A model generated the notes under the pieces. It searched no databases, had not been told where the DNA came from, and was given only the letters and a program-made list of their open reading frames with translations. Made by a program: the position numbers and the translations under genes. From Geosiphon pyriformis uo1 (Eukaryota > Fungi > Glomeromycota): a DNA stretch of 64,000 bases. The stretch is taken from the NCBI GenBank assembly GCA_016748015.1, contig JAAOMT010000299.1:912791-976790 (forward strand), written 5' to 3'. This document shows positions 11,631-25,200 of the stretch, one piece after another; position 1 is the first letter of the stretch; the number at the start of each line of letters is the position of its first letter.

Positions 11631-14600
11631 AATGTAAAATTTCATATAACAAGAATTATCTATATATAACAAGAGCATTAAAAGCAAAAAAGGCAGAATT
11701 AATACAAACAAAATCAGTAAAACTCATTAATTATCCAATACTTCTTCCTTTAAAAGATAGTTTTTTACAACTTAAAGTGGAATTAATTTACCTATAAATA
11801 AAATATTAATTATTATCTAAAATCCATGTTATTATTACTTAATTAAGAAATATTAATTAATTTCACATTATTAACACTTTATGTTAATAGAATTCAAGAC
11901 TTAATTATACTGGACTAATAGCTTTTGATTACAACTATTAACAAAATACTAATTTTTTATTTTCTTTTATTTTTCTTTGTTTCATTTTTTTTGTTGTTTG
12001 CTAATTAATTAAAGAGATTAAGCACTGAGTATTTGACATTAAGAATAGCCTGGTTAAAAATCTGGGAATAAAAATAGAAATTTAAAAATAGCTTATCAAA
12101 AGAACATAACTGCTAAAATAAACTGGCCATTATGTTAAAAAAAAAATTCATGGAAGAAATCATCAATTAAATCTCTGTCTATTATATAAAAAACTCAACC
12201 AAAATCTTTAGAAATTACCAACATAATCAACTATTGAGCATTAAGTTATGAGTTTGTTATTTGTTCTAATATCTTAAATAATTACCTGTAATATTTGGTG
12301 TTCTTTGTAAAATATAATCTAACAGAGAACCAGCACCAACATTAACCATTTGGAAAAGTGGCAAACCAAAAAATTATAGAAGAAAATTATTTAGGATTTG
12401 TAAAATTATTATATTAACATTACCAAATCTACTTGAAACTAACAAGTAATAATTGATTAGCAGAATTAGCTTTTAATTTCTATGTCAATAAAAAATTAAA
12501 TTCTACTTAAAAAACCAAGAAGATTTAAAAGCTGCTTTTAACAATTTTACAATGAATTATTTCAAAGCACTATACTTCTACCAAATTATTTGTTTGTACT
12601 ATTAATCATAAAAATAAACAAAGAAATTGGAAAATATAACCAACAAAGATTTTTTATTATCTTTGCAAATAAGAAAAATTTACAAACTTCAACAAAAACA
12701 CCAAGGAAAAAACAACCACTTAATTGAAAAAAACCAAAAGTTGTTTTACTTATTTACCTATTATATTATTATATACCAGGAAGTACTATACACATACTAT
12801 CAGGATTTATATTACCATTAACTGCGAAAACACTATTATTCAGAATACTATTTCAAAATAATCAAGAAAAAGCTAAATTATTAAAAATCTATGACAATTA
12901 TTTTAAAGGATTTAGATCATAATCAACAATACCATTGGGACTTCAATTATTGTCATTTCAATCAAATTTTGGATCTACTAGTTATTAGAAAAATACCAAT
13001 ATAGAAAAGAAAGACAGCAATCAGAAAAATAATAATCAAAATCTAATTCTAAATAACTTGAAAATACAAACTCTAATTGTTCCAACTCTGCCAAATCTGA
13101 ATAATTTGAATCTCACTCCTATTATTCAGTAAGACTTATTTTTAGTTATTGTGATCAATCCACCTGTTGCACCAATTGTTCTACTATAATAACAATCTTA
13201 ACAACAACTGCAACAATAATAACTAACACCAATAGCATATACACTTATTGCCAAACTCAAAAAATTTATTGGTATAGAGAACAATGCTTAAACATAATTG
13301 AATAACATTATCAAAGTGATTACAGCCAATAATTGAGATGATGCCAGAGCTTTTTAAGCCATTCTTTATTTTTTACAAGATACTGCCAACTTATGGTATT
13401 AGAATCTTATCAACAAGTGACAAATTTTTAACACATTTAAAACTGCATTTTTATAATACTTTAGTAATTACAACAGCATCAATTGGTTATTAACTAGTTT
13501 TGTCACAATTAAACAAAACAATATTAAAGCAGTCACTACTTATTTAAAATACTTTCACAAAAATTCGTGCCAAATACAGACAATTTAAGCTGATTACTTT
13601 ACTGAAACACAAATCTTGAACCAGTTTATTTACAGATTATACAGTAGTTTGTTACAATAAGTATGTCTAATGCATCTAAATACTCACTAAAATGCAGTCA
13701 CACATGTCAAAAATTTTGAATCAACCAAACTTAAAACCAACTATGCCCAAGCCATAAACTTAGTGATAAACAAATCATCTGAATTGAATATCAAATTAAA
13801 GCAATTTAATAAAGCCATTAATCAGAAAATTGAGGAATACTTAGTTAACAATTAAGCAATTTATTAGTCTTCACAATGTTTTAACAATTAAAAAAACTCT
13901 AATTATTCCCAAAATCAATCACATCTATTATCTTTATTAACCAATCAATTATGGCAGCAAAAAATATGTATCTGTCATTATTGTAATAAACAAAAACACT
14001 TAAAATTAGACTCCATACAAGATTAAATAACCAATAATCAGGAAATCAATATTAAAATTCTAATTGCTGGTTTCAAACTCTAAATTATATCCTAAATCAA
14101 GAACAATATCAATTTTATTATATTTTAATGATACAATAACCAATATATTTACTTTTAGTATATCAAACTTCAGCATCAGTCATCTATCAGTTGCAGTAAT
14201 AAGTTATTTATCAATTACAACTAATTCAAATACCACCACAAAATCTAGTTCAAATGTCAATCAGCAACCAAAGACTAAGAATTACTCACATACAACAGAA
14301 TTAGAGATTGGCAATAGTAATATACTAACTAATTCTCAGTTCATTAAATCAATTATTAAGATTATACCAATGGAGTTTAGAAAGTAAGTACACTCAAAAC
14401 TCGAATTTCCAGAACAATTTAAGTCTTTTAATTATTCCAGAAACCAACTCATCTAACAACTTAAAAAGCCCAACAATACTACTTATTAACAACATTTTAT
14501 CAGCAACTATTACTGAAAACAAGTCACTTGCAGTCATATTTTTCTTCAAATTAGCAGAATCAGCCACAACATCTCTATTCAATAGAGCCATTCTTGACAC

Positions 14601-16212
14601 TAAACTCATTACTGCCATGTATACTAATATTAAAATTAATGGCTACTTTATCAAACTAATTTTTGATAATAGTTTAGCAGACAGCATTATTACATAATAA
14701 CTTATGGACCAATTAAGTTGCCAAGTTAATTACACTGCCAGTGCCAAAATTATTATCACTAATAAAATAATAAAAACTTCTATAGGTGAAATTAATAATT
14801 TTTTATTTGAAGTTAATAATATCACAGCATTTATCAAAGTTCTTGTGATAGAAGCCATATAATACCAAGCTCTTATTAATAATAACTGATTGTCCAAGAC
14901 CAACACTGTATTTGACTGGACCACACAAGAGCTACAACTTAGTCAAGATGATCAGCAAACTTAAATACCAGTTATCTGTGGACATTTTAAAGCTTCTTCA
15001 AAAGAGCAATCATTAATCAAGCTAAAGAAAAAGAAAAAAAAATTTACTTGAGAAGTTTATTAAGTTTTGTAAGCTAAAAATAAACACAACAAATTATTGT
15101 TGATATTCTTTGAAATAATAATAAAAAAAAAAAAAATGATAAGCCAAAAGCTATTACTACCACCAAAAAAATAACCAGTGGCTAAAATAGATCATACTTT
15201 ATGGATACAAAGAAAAAACCATTTTATATTCCACTAAAATGTATTAATTATAAAAAAAGCTTTTTTCTATAAGAGCTTGGATCTTATTAGACAAAAACTA
15301 TTAAACACATACTTATTACTATTGTAAACCATACCACTAAGAATGTTTTAATTATTTTAAATAACAAAAAAAGTAAAACAACAAATTATGTTTTATTTGT
15401 AAGGAAATACTACTTGATAAAAAAATATAGAATAATATTTCTGGTCAAAAAAAAATGTGTAACACATAGTATTAATACACAATTCTTATCAGTAACTGAA
15501 TAAGCCAAGGAATGCCTTTTAATGCTGCATAAAACTGAGCATTTTTACACTTGAACAGTTATCTACATAACAAAAATGAAATTTAGTAAATAACAAGTGC
15601 TAAAATTAAAGATGCTTTATCCAATAAAATACTTGCCATCAAAAACAACCCACCAAAATCTGTTAAAACCATTTTTATTCTCAATCTAAATGCATTTATT
15701 GACATCCTAAACAATTTAAAACAATTCTACAAATACTACTAAGAGTTAACATTCATTAGAGAAAAACAAAAGCAGCATTTGAAACAGTTAAATACAAAAC
15801 TTTATAAATATTATATAATTTCCAGTGACTTCAAATATTGTAATGATTGTAATCTCATCTATAATCTACTATCATACATGATTTATTTAATCCTCAAAAA
15901 AAACCTTTTAATTAGCAAATACACATTAAAATTAAACTCTAAATTTAATCACAATTCAGACTCCAACAATAATAATAACAATAGTTCTAACTTCATTTAC
16001 TATTGCGATAACAATAATGACAAATTGAATTTCAATCACCATTTTAAACAGTATATTTTACTTTCAAATTTTTTAATAAAATAGGAACTCAAATAGTTTA
16101 GTAATAATAATAAAGATATTATACCAGAATGTACACATAATACTAATGCAGAGTTTGATCTTAGGTATTTAGAAAAAACTGCTATTAGATTGAAACCTTA
16201 TTTACACACTAG

Positions 16213-17577
16213 GCTTTGGATATTGATCTCGTGGCTGTTGTTGGGAAATCATCTCAGGAGAAATTGAACTTTGTCAAAAAAAATTTTTCAGGTGTGAATG
16301 GTTTTGAGAGGGCCTCTACTTCCTCAAAATTTGGTGGAATCATCTGGGCATTTTTCACTTCCAAAAAAGCAATGATGGTGGCTGCTCAATTGGCAAATGA
16401 TTGTGGTGTTGTGGTAAACACTAATCTTAAGTGCCCCATCAACAATCGTATGAATCAGGCAATTGTGTTAAAAAAAATTCCTGTGGGAACTTCCATCGAG
16501 GCAGTGCGTGCAGCCATTTCTGAATTTGGGCTTATTAAGTTGATCAAAATGCAGTTGGTGGGTCTATGACAAAAGGCAATCATTGAATTGGAGGATCAAA
16601 TTTAGACTGATCTCTTGGCAGCTAAGTGGTCCGTCTTTATTGGGAAAGATGCAGTGCGTGTGGCCCAGACCAATGTTGACAAACAGACATGGGATGCCAG
16701 AGATAAGTTCAGAGCTTTGCTTTACATTCTCCCTATGGGCACCACCGCTCATGATCTTTGGGACTTTATTGGTTCAGTTGGTGGAAAAACATGTGTTATT
16801 GAATGCAGCTCTGTCAGTTATGTCCGGGCACGCTGTGCCACTGTGTGCTTCAATTTTGAGGATAGCCTTATTCAGGCAATGGCAAATACTCCTGTTATAA
16901 AAGGCGTTGGTCTCCGATGGTCTCGTTTAACCACTGTACTGTGCTCAATTTGCAGAAATTCCAGTTATACATCTCTCACTTGTCGTACTGCTGGTGTGTT
17001 CTCAAGTCTTAAGAGCAAGAGAGCTCCTCACTCAGCTCAGGATCAGCTCTGTCTGGCTAAGATATATGAAAAAAAATCTGCCCCCATTTCCTGTCCTTTG
17101 GCTTTTGGTAGAAAAACTTGGGCCTCTGTGGTTGGTAAACCACTCCTATTAGCATCATTTAGTGATTCAGCTCAATCTGGTTCCGTATTTTATGGTAAAC
17201 CTCTTCTGACTGTTAGTGGTAAATTGGAAGACCATTTGAAGAATATTGAGAGCAGTCTTGTCAGCCTCATGGGACAAATTGGTGAGTTGGCTAAGAGGTT
17301 AGACTCATTTATGCTGGCAGTTTCCCAGTCTAGCCCTGGATGTCAGCTGCTGGTGACTCCCCCATTGCAGAATCAAGGGGAGGATATAGTAATGGGAGTG
17401 GGTTCAGGTGATGCCACTAGTGACAAGACTGCTGCTGTTCTTGGTTCAACTGCCTCACCTGAGGTTGTGAAATTGGAAAACATGTTGGAGAGTCTCTCTG
17501 CTTCGGTTATGAGCTTATTGGTGTGCTTGGATGGTTTGGTTTTGACTGGTGGTGCTCTTCCTCTACCTTATTTTTAA
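16213..17577 (+). pseudogene. LINE ORF1 (RRM-like regions, Zn knuckle, coiled coil); one premature stop
   Basis: ORFs 16216-16569 and 16615-17577 share a frame, split by TGA for Trp; knuckle CSICRNSSYTSLTC (CVKCENLNHMSLDC in the second copy). Confidence 0.85.
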
Positions 17578-20500
17578 TGAATGGTCTGGTATAGAAGATT
17601 GCTACATGTAATGTTTGTGGGTTGAACAATCCTGCGAAGCAAGATGATGTCATTCATTGGCACAGAGATATGAACAATTTGGTTTCAATTGTTACTAAGA
17701 CAAAGTTAAAAGATAGAGTTTGGCCTTGAATTGCTAATAAATTTGATGGTGTTCAGGTCTTTGTTTCTGGTTTGGATTCTGGTTACCTTGGTTCTGGTGT
17801 GGCGATCATTATGAACAACACTCTGGTGAAACATGTATATAAAGTTGTTGAGGTTCTTGGACGACTTTTGTCTGTCAAGTTGCTCTTCAGAAATAAGCTC
17901 TCGGTGTTGATTCTGGATTTGTATGCGAGTGCTTCAGTGTTTGCACACTTTTCACAAGCAGATAAGATAAACTCTTTGATTGTTAAAGCTGTTAATGAGT
18001 CATCTTTTGTGATATTAGGTGGTAATTTCAATAAAGATGGCTCTCACAGGTGTGCTAGTTTCAGGAAATGTTTTGATTTGGGTTTGGTCAATGTCTTGGG
18101 AGGAAGTTTGTTTGGGAGGAATGCGATTTAAACCAATTTTCGATGGGTGGCCAAAGTTATTGATTACATGTCTGTGTCATCAAGCTTGGTCAATGCAATC
18201 TTAGATCAAAGTGTAACTGGGGTTAATGAATATTTCAATACTGATTATAGGGCTGTTGCTGTTTCCATGAACCTGGGTGGTCTTTTGGATGTTAATTTGA
18301 TGTCTCTTTACAAGCAGACAAATAAGAATCGGTGGAAGTTCAATTTTAAGGATGCTACGGCTGCCAAATGGGCTGCATTCAAGGAATCTTCTGCTGTCAC
18401 TGCAGTGATGTTTAAGTGTGAGTTTGATGCTGCTCTATTGTTTCTAGATCTGGATGCTATGTGGGATGTCGTTTGCAAAATTGTGTGCTTATCAGCGAGT
18501 GATATTTTCAAAAAAAAATGGTTCAAGGGTTATGATAATGTGTTTACTAAGGAATCTTCTAAGTTTCACAAGCTAGAACTTTTGGTGTCTAAACTAGTTA
18601 AAGCATCACGTTTAGTTTCTTCTGAAGAATTTGTTGTACTACTGAGTACATGGAATTCGTTGGATGCTATAAATGCTTCTGTGATGGAGTCTCTTTTTCT
18701 TTCAGGATCACATTTTGAGGTCATAAGATCTGTTTTGTTCAGAGTCAGGAAGTTGTATCATTCCTCTAAATTGTCCAAGTCAAAGTGTGCTGAAGAATCT
18801 CGTATCAGATCAGCAGTTAGTAGGAGGATGGAAAGTTTTGAGGTGGATAAGGGTCATACAATTAGGAGTGTGCTAGAGCGCCCCTTTTACAAGGTGGTAT
18901 TGGATCATTTGGTTGTCGATGATAAACTGGTTTTGGATCCTAGTTTGGTTAAATCTAAGGTGAATGTTATCATGGAAGGCTGGACCAGAAAACGCGAGTT
19001 GGTTGCTGATGTCTCTGCTGATTGGTGTCACTAGTACCAACCCTTGGAGTACATATTTGATGAGGCATTTTCGAGAATAATGGACCCTATTAGTTCTGTT
19101 GAGTTGCTTGGTGTTGTGTCAGACTTGCCTAATGATAAAGCTGCTGGTTTGTCTGGTATTTCGAATGAGCTTTGGAAGCATTGTAACGAATTGGTTCTGG
19201 ATATGTTGTTGGTGCTCTTGAATTCTTGTTTGCTCCATAAGTCAGTTTCTGATCCTTGGAGGGAAGCTTGGGTGTCTATGATCCCCAAACCTTATGAGTG
19301 AAAGGGAGTTCTTATGAACACCTGACCCATTGCTTTGATTGAAACTGCTCGTAAGATCCTTTCAAAAATCCTTTCAGACAGGATTTCTTTGGCGTGCAAT
19401 ACTCACAATGTTCTCCGTGAGAACAATTTTTCTGTTTTGAAGGGCACGACGACACAGTCTCCTATCTTTGCTGTCAGCTTTGTGGTTGAGGATGCTCTGG
19501 AAAAGAACCGTGAGCTTTGGCTGGTATTGCAGGACATGAAGAAGGCCTATGATTCTGTTGGCTGGGAGCAATTGAAAAGGAGTCTAATTAGGATTAAGAT
19601 GTATGGCAGGTTCATTCAATTTTTTGGTAGCATTTACAATAACCAAGTCAACCGAGTAATGACTGACTTTGGCTTAACTAATGGTTATCAAGTCCATGAT
19701 GGTCTCAATCAAGAGGAAGTGTTCTCATCTCTTCTTTGGCATATATTTTATGATTCTCTTTTGTGTGAAGTCAAGAGGCAAGAAGAATTTTGTGGATATA
19801 GGTTGAATTCTTATTTTATTGCTAAAACTGGCTGTGTTGAACCTCAAGCTGGTTTTTCTTTTTTCTTTGCGGCTGGTGCTTTTGTAGACGATACAATTTG
19901 GGTCAGCTGCAGTCAGGCTGCAACACAACATATTCTCAATGTTGCTAGTAATTTTTTTAGAATTAATGATATTTCAATTAACAATGACAAAACAGTGGCA
20001 ATTCCCATTAACTGTAGGGTTGTGAGCCCCTTTTTGACAATCAGTGGTTCACCAATTTCTATTGCCAAGAAAGGGGAACTTCACTGGTATTTGGGCATCT
20101 TTCTGTCTACGGATGGTTTGTTAAAGTCCAGTTTGGCCAAGGCACATTCAAATGTCCGGTTTTTCACCAATCTCGTCCTGAAAAAGACCATCTCTAATAA
20201 GCAGTTCTTGTATTTGGTTTTGGTGGTTCTTCAACCTATTGTCAATTATAGAATGCAGTTTAGTTTTGTTCCACTTAGTATTTGCTGTAAATGGAACACT
20301 CTAATTTGTAAAGGCTTCAAATCTAAGGCGGGTCTTCCTTTGGACTTTCCTAATGATGCTCTTTATCATTCATCCCTTTATGGCTTAAAGACTTTTAAGC
20401 AGATTCAGGCTAAGAGTAAGTTGGCGTCCGTAGTGTGTTTTGCCAATGCTGTTGGGATCCTGGGTCAGTTGTTTTTCCATAGGTCTCATGACTTACAGAC

Positions 20501-22271
20501 TTTGAGCTGGTGCCCTGTGCACCCTTTGGTCTCCCCAGTTTGTTTAAAATTAAATCCTTCGAACAATTTTCTGGTGGGTGTGGTTCGTATTTTTGCTGAC
20601 TGCAGCTTATCTTTTAGTAGTCCTGGTCCCAGTGCATTCTGATTTTCCCATAGAACTCCCATGTCTTTGGTTCTTGGGGAGGTAAAATTCTCTAGGTGTT
20701 TCTTTTCACTTCAGCAGTATGGAATTGCCTTTGTGGAACAATTGCGTCAACGCAATAGTGGTGTTTTTGACTGGAAGACTTTCAAGTGTTGGAAAAAGCT
20801 GGATCCGCGTGGCCCCATTCCTGATTGGTTTGATGTCTTTGTTGGTTATCTTGGTGGTGTGAGGTCATCTTCTTCTGTTCATGGCTGTTCAGTGGGCATT
20901 TTTTCTGCTCTTAGTGTCTTGGAATCCACTGATTTTGATTTGGTTCGTAATCATTTATTGGGATTGGGTGCTGATAGCCTTTCAGTCTATACTGATGGAT
21001 TCTTGGCTGGTTTGAGCACTCTCAGTATTAAATCAGGTGCAGTGGTTTTCTTTGATGATATTAATATGAGTTTAGGTGTTAAGGTTTTGGGTTTGTTGTC
21101 ATCTACTTTAGCGGAATTGCAAGCTATTGCATTTGCTCTCAAGTGTGTTCCTGCAGTTAGCAAAGTTAACTTATTTTCAGATAGTCAGGCCATGTTGGAT
21201 ACTTGCAGGTCGGAATTGGGTTTTGTGCATCTGGATTTTCGGAATAGTTGTTGGATGGAGCGCTGTTATATTGCTGGTCTTGTTCGTGCTAAGAGGTTGG
21301 ATGTCAGCTGGTGTAAGGTTAAAGGACATTCTGGTGTTGTAGGTAATGACCAAACTGATGATCTGGCTGGCCATGCAGCTCTTTCTGATTTTGTTCTTCC
21401 CCCCCCCCGGCTGGACGAGCAGTTTATCCTGGCTGGTGGTAATCTGGTTTCAGGTAATTCTAGGCATTTTGTGTATGACATTTATCAGTTCATTCATCGT
21501 TCGCGTTGGGGTTTCAGTTCGGGTAATAGGATTGTCACTGGCAAATTGTTCACAGATATCGATTGGCACAGGTTCTCTTCTGTCTGGCATCCTAATTCAC
21601 ACATAGCTGCTGGCTTCACCAGTATTCGGACCGCTGGTTTGCACACGTATTTTATGAAAGCTCTGCATTATAGACTGCCTGTGGCCATTTGCAAATGTCT
21701 TTATGATAGGAGTTACCCTAGTGTGGTTTGCTTGTTTTGTGGAAGTGTGGAGGTCTCAGACCATGTTTTTTCTTGTGATTCTGACTTTGCTAATTGTGAT
21801 TGGCTGCTTGGTAATTTTGTGGTTAAATGGGAAGGTATTTCTGGCCTTTATGGCCCTTCTTCTCGCATGCTGCAAACTCTTTCTTCATGTATTCTTAACA
21901 CCTCAGTCTGTGTTGCTCTATGCAATGGCTTTGTTTTTAATGATTGGTTTTTTGAGGCGGTTTCTGTTTTTGGTAACCTGAAACTTGCTGGTGCGAAAAT
22001 TGTGGACTTTGTCCATGATTTTTGCCTAGCTTTTAGAGATGAGGTTTGGTTGGTCTGTGTCAAACATCGTGTCTTTATGGAGAAGCATGGGTTAATTCCT
22101 CGAGACAGTTCTGTGCCAGTTTCTATTTCTGGTCTGTCTTCCCTGTATTTGGCTGGGGTTGTCAGATTGTTGGATATTAATGATGCATTTGGCATTAGAT
22201 TTGGTTTGCGCAAATTTAGTTTGTTTGTTTCAGGTACTTTAGATGCAGTTTCTGTTCATATAAGTGCATAG
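17577..22271 (+). pseudogene. LINE ORF2: AP endonuclease, reverse transcriptase, RNase H, C-terminal Zn finger; several premature stops
   Basis: IATCNVCGLN, ILGGNFN, IDYM (APE); PIALIETARK, QDMKKAYDSV, AFVDDT, YLGI (RT); YTDG, AELQAI, SDSQA, KVKGHSG..GND (RNase H); CLFC..DHVFSC. Confidence 0.93.
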
Positions 22272-25200
22272 TGTTGTTCTGATTGGCCTGAGTGGCTAGT
22301 CACGTGTAGAAAGTGCATGATTCATGCCTAATTTAGATCAATTATTTGATGTATAGTTTTAGGTTGTGTTTGGATTTCACTCAATAAACATAAAAAAAAA
22401 AAAAACACCAGTATAAATTTAAAAATAACACTGAAAATTTTAACAATAATAATAGTCCAATTAGTCTTTAGATCTATTTTAGTAAAAAAAGAAATTAATA
22501 TCAGAGAAAAAATAATTAATGCAGAATATATAGAAAATATTATTGTAATACTATAAAATAACTTAGAAAAAGAATATATAATTGAACCAAATAAAAAGAT
22601 GGCATAAGCAATATTTCTGTCTTTGGTTAAAATAACTTAGTTAGTGTTAGTGGGAATAAGAGAAAAATTAGGAATTACAGCAAAAGAGATAAAGAGATTT
22701 AGATTAATGAGTAGAATAGATATACTAGTTAATATAACAAAAAAAACCAATTAATAAGAAAAAAATTATCTTCACTCATTAATTAATTTCCATTTTATCA
22801 TATAACCAGTATATAATAATTATAGAAAAGAAAGTAAAAAACCAATTCCAAATTTTTGAAGCTGAAATAAACATTTGTGAATCAAAAAAAATTACTATTA
22901 TTAATTTTTAAATATTAGCCAAGAACAATAAACACATCAAGATTTTTTTTCCTTTGGATTACAGAAGACAAGAATACTTTTATTACAATATTTATTTATT
23001 TGTCTAGAGTAAATTCAAAGATATTACTTGTTTAGAATTAATTTAATCTATATTGCCAATAAATAAAACAACTAAAGCTATAGAAATATGAATAATCAAA
23101 ACAAAATTAATTCTTTTTACACTCTTATCAAAGAACAAATTAAACTCAAAGGAAGAGAATTAAAAATTATTTGTGATTGAAATAAATGTTTACAAAGCAG
23201 TAAACTTTTTTTGTTGTAAAAAATGAAAAAAAAATCTTTCTTTTAAGAATTATTTTAAAAAATTTTGAAGCAAAGCTGAAATTATCACTCATAATTTTAA
23301 AAATTATGGCTCAAACATTAATACTAATGTAATAAATTTACAAGAATGATTTTATATTGATAAAAATGATCCAAATAAGAAGACAAATATTTAAAAATTA
23401 ATTTTTGGAAAATTAAAAAGAATTAAAACAAAACAAAAAGAGCAACATTATAGTAAACAACTTTTTTTTTATGATTGTTTCTTTTTTTGTCCATTGCTTA
23501 AGGATTATTGCAAACTTTAAAAAAAGAACTAATTAGTAAATTAGTGATTATAACTGTTTTTAAAAAAAAGAAGCACTCTAAAGATTATTTAATAAGAAAA
23601 AAAAAAATTTTGGCAAAACTTGCAGACAATTTTTACAAGCTAAGATTGATTTTATTGAAATTAAGATTGTTTTAGAACAAGAATTAGCTTAATTTATGAG
23701 ATAGAATTATATTAAAGAATATTATCTTAATTTTGATTTATATATTAATAATCATTTCTTTTCAATTAAGAAAACTAGTAAACTTATTTTTAATAGCTTT
23801 TATGTATTATTAAACTTTGCTTGTAGTAGATATTTTTAGACTTTCAATATTTACCATTTCAAGACTAATGCTACTGGTCTTAAAAATAAAGACTTTTCTA
23901 TTGCTGTCTTAAAGATAAAAAACTACTAGTTAAAGAAAAAGCTAAAATTTTTGCAAACATAAAAAAAAAACAACTGAGTTTATTAGATAGTAATCAGTAG
24001 ATTACTATTTTTTTCTTAGTTGTTTTAATAATTAAAATTGTAATAGTAATAGTTCAAGAAAAAGATTTTAGAAAGAACTAAAAAACTATGAGCAAAGCAA
24101 TAACAAAAATCAGATTAAGCCATTATTTTTTATTCTTCTTGGTAAATTTCATAAGTAATTTTTTCTTTGTCTAAATATTTCTTAAGAATTTTGGTATCAT
24201 TGATTTAAAAATGTATGGAGCAATTTTTTCTTCTTGAGATTTTTTAGAATGCTTCTAATAATGCTGTAATTTTTGGGTTCTTAGTAGATTTAATGTAAAT
24301 TAGTTTTATATATTTTATTTTTATATAGAAATAATCTTATATTAATCCTGTTATGGTTTATATTCATCACATTTTGGTATGATAAAGTGAGTATTAAAAT
24401 TAACAAGTTTATAAGTTATGAATGAGCACCATTATTACTTTTCAAAACGTTATCAGTCATATCATAAAATCAGCCTTTCATTTATGTTACATAATTAAAT
24501 GTTCACTTTGTCTGGTTTTGTTGCAGCATGCCCCATATAACATTAATCAAAAATCATCAAAATTTTATTATTGTATTTAATTATAATAATGAAATTTTAA
24601 TTTTCAGTTATTAACAACATATTTATTTATTTAATTTATATTGTGAATTGAGTTTTAAATGAATTTTTTTCAATATATTCTATAAATATTAAATTAATAA
24701 AATATATGTTGATTTGTGCAATTAAAATTAATAAGTTTTGTTTGCTATATTTGGTGTTTAATAATGGCAAAGAAATTTTTATTTAAAATTCATAATATTT
24801 GAAACCCAGTTCTTTTGCATGATATGAAACTGAAATGGTGAAAGCTCCGACCTGTTTTCTGGTCCCCCCCCCCCCATGTTGCAGTCTTGAAATGTTTGAC
24901 TCTTGACATCTTGAATAAAAACGGTTTGAGAGGATGGAATATTATACATAAATAGTAAGTAGTACTAAGAAATGCCAAGTAAGACTACATGACCCTCAAG
25001 AGAGGATCAAAGCTCTATCAAGCAATCCCCGGCGGAGGATCCTCCAGCCCCATTTTCACCTTCGTGGATTAAAGTCCCAGTTCTGCCAGTTGTACACCCT
25101 TGGATTCTAAAGGTGAAGACAGTGTTGATGGTAAGAATATCTTGGGAAAATTCGTACTTGTCGAAGAGAACCATGAGTTTTGTAGAATAAAGATTTATTG

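Larger units (their letters stand above)
16213..22405 (+). mobile_element. Non-LTR retrotransposon (LINE) with APE, RT and RNase H; probably 5'-truncated; inserted in A3 dUTPase
   Basis: Poly(A) 22392-22405 after AATAAA; TSD ACACYAG (16206-16212 and 22405-22411); two ORFs. Confidence 0.95.
11393..22940 (+). mobile_element. Gypsy family A copy A3 (mosaic 5' LTR 11393-12293, gag, protease, Zn-ribbon insert, dUTPase split by a LINE; 3'-truncated near 22940)
   Basis: LTR begins TATTAC and ends CCTGTAATA + TTTGGTG PBS at 12294; dUTPase halves at about 16085-16212 and from 22406 rejoin as LKPYLHTSINLKI. Confidence 0.88.

Noticed and set aside
21127-22213. Short antisense and alternate-frame ORFs over the LINE, XRN and gag-pol regions
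   Set aside because: Shadow ORFs of the real coding frames with no recognisable motifs.
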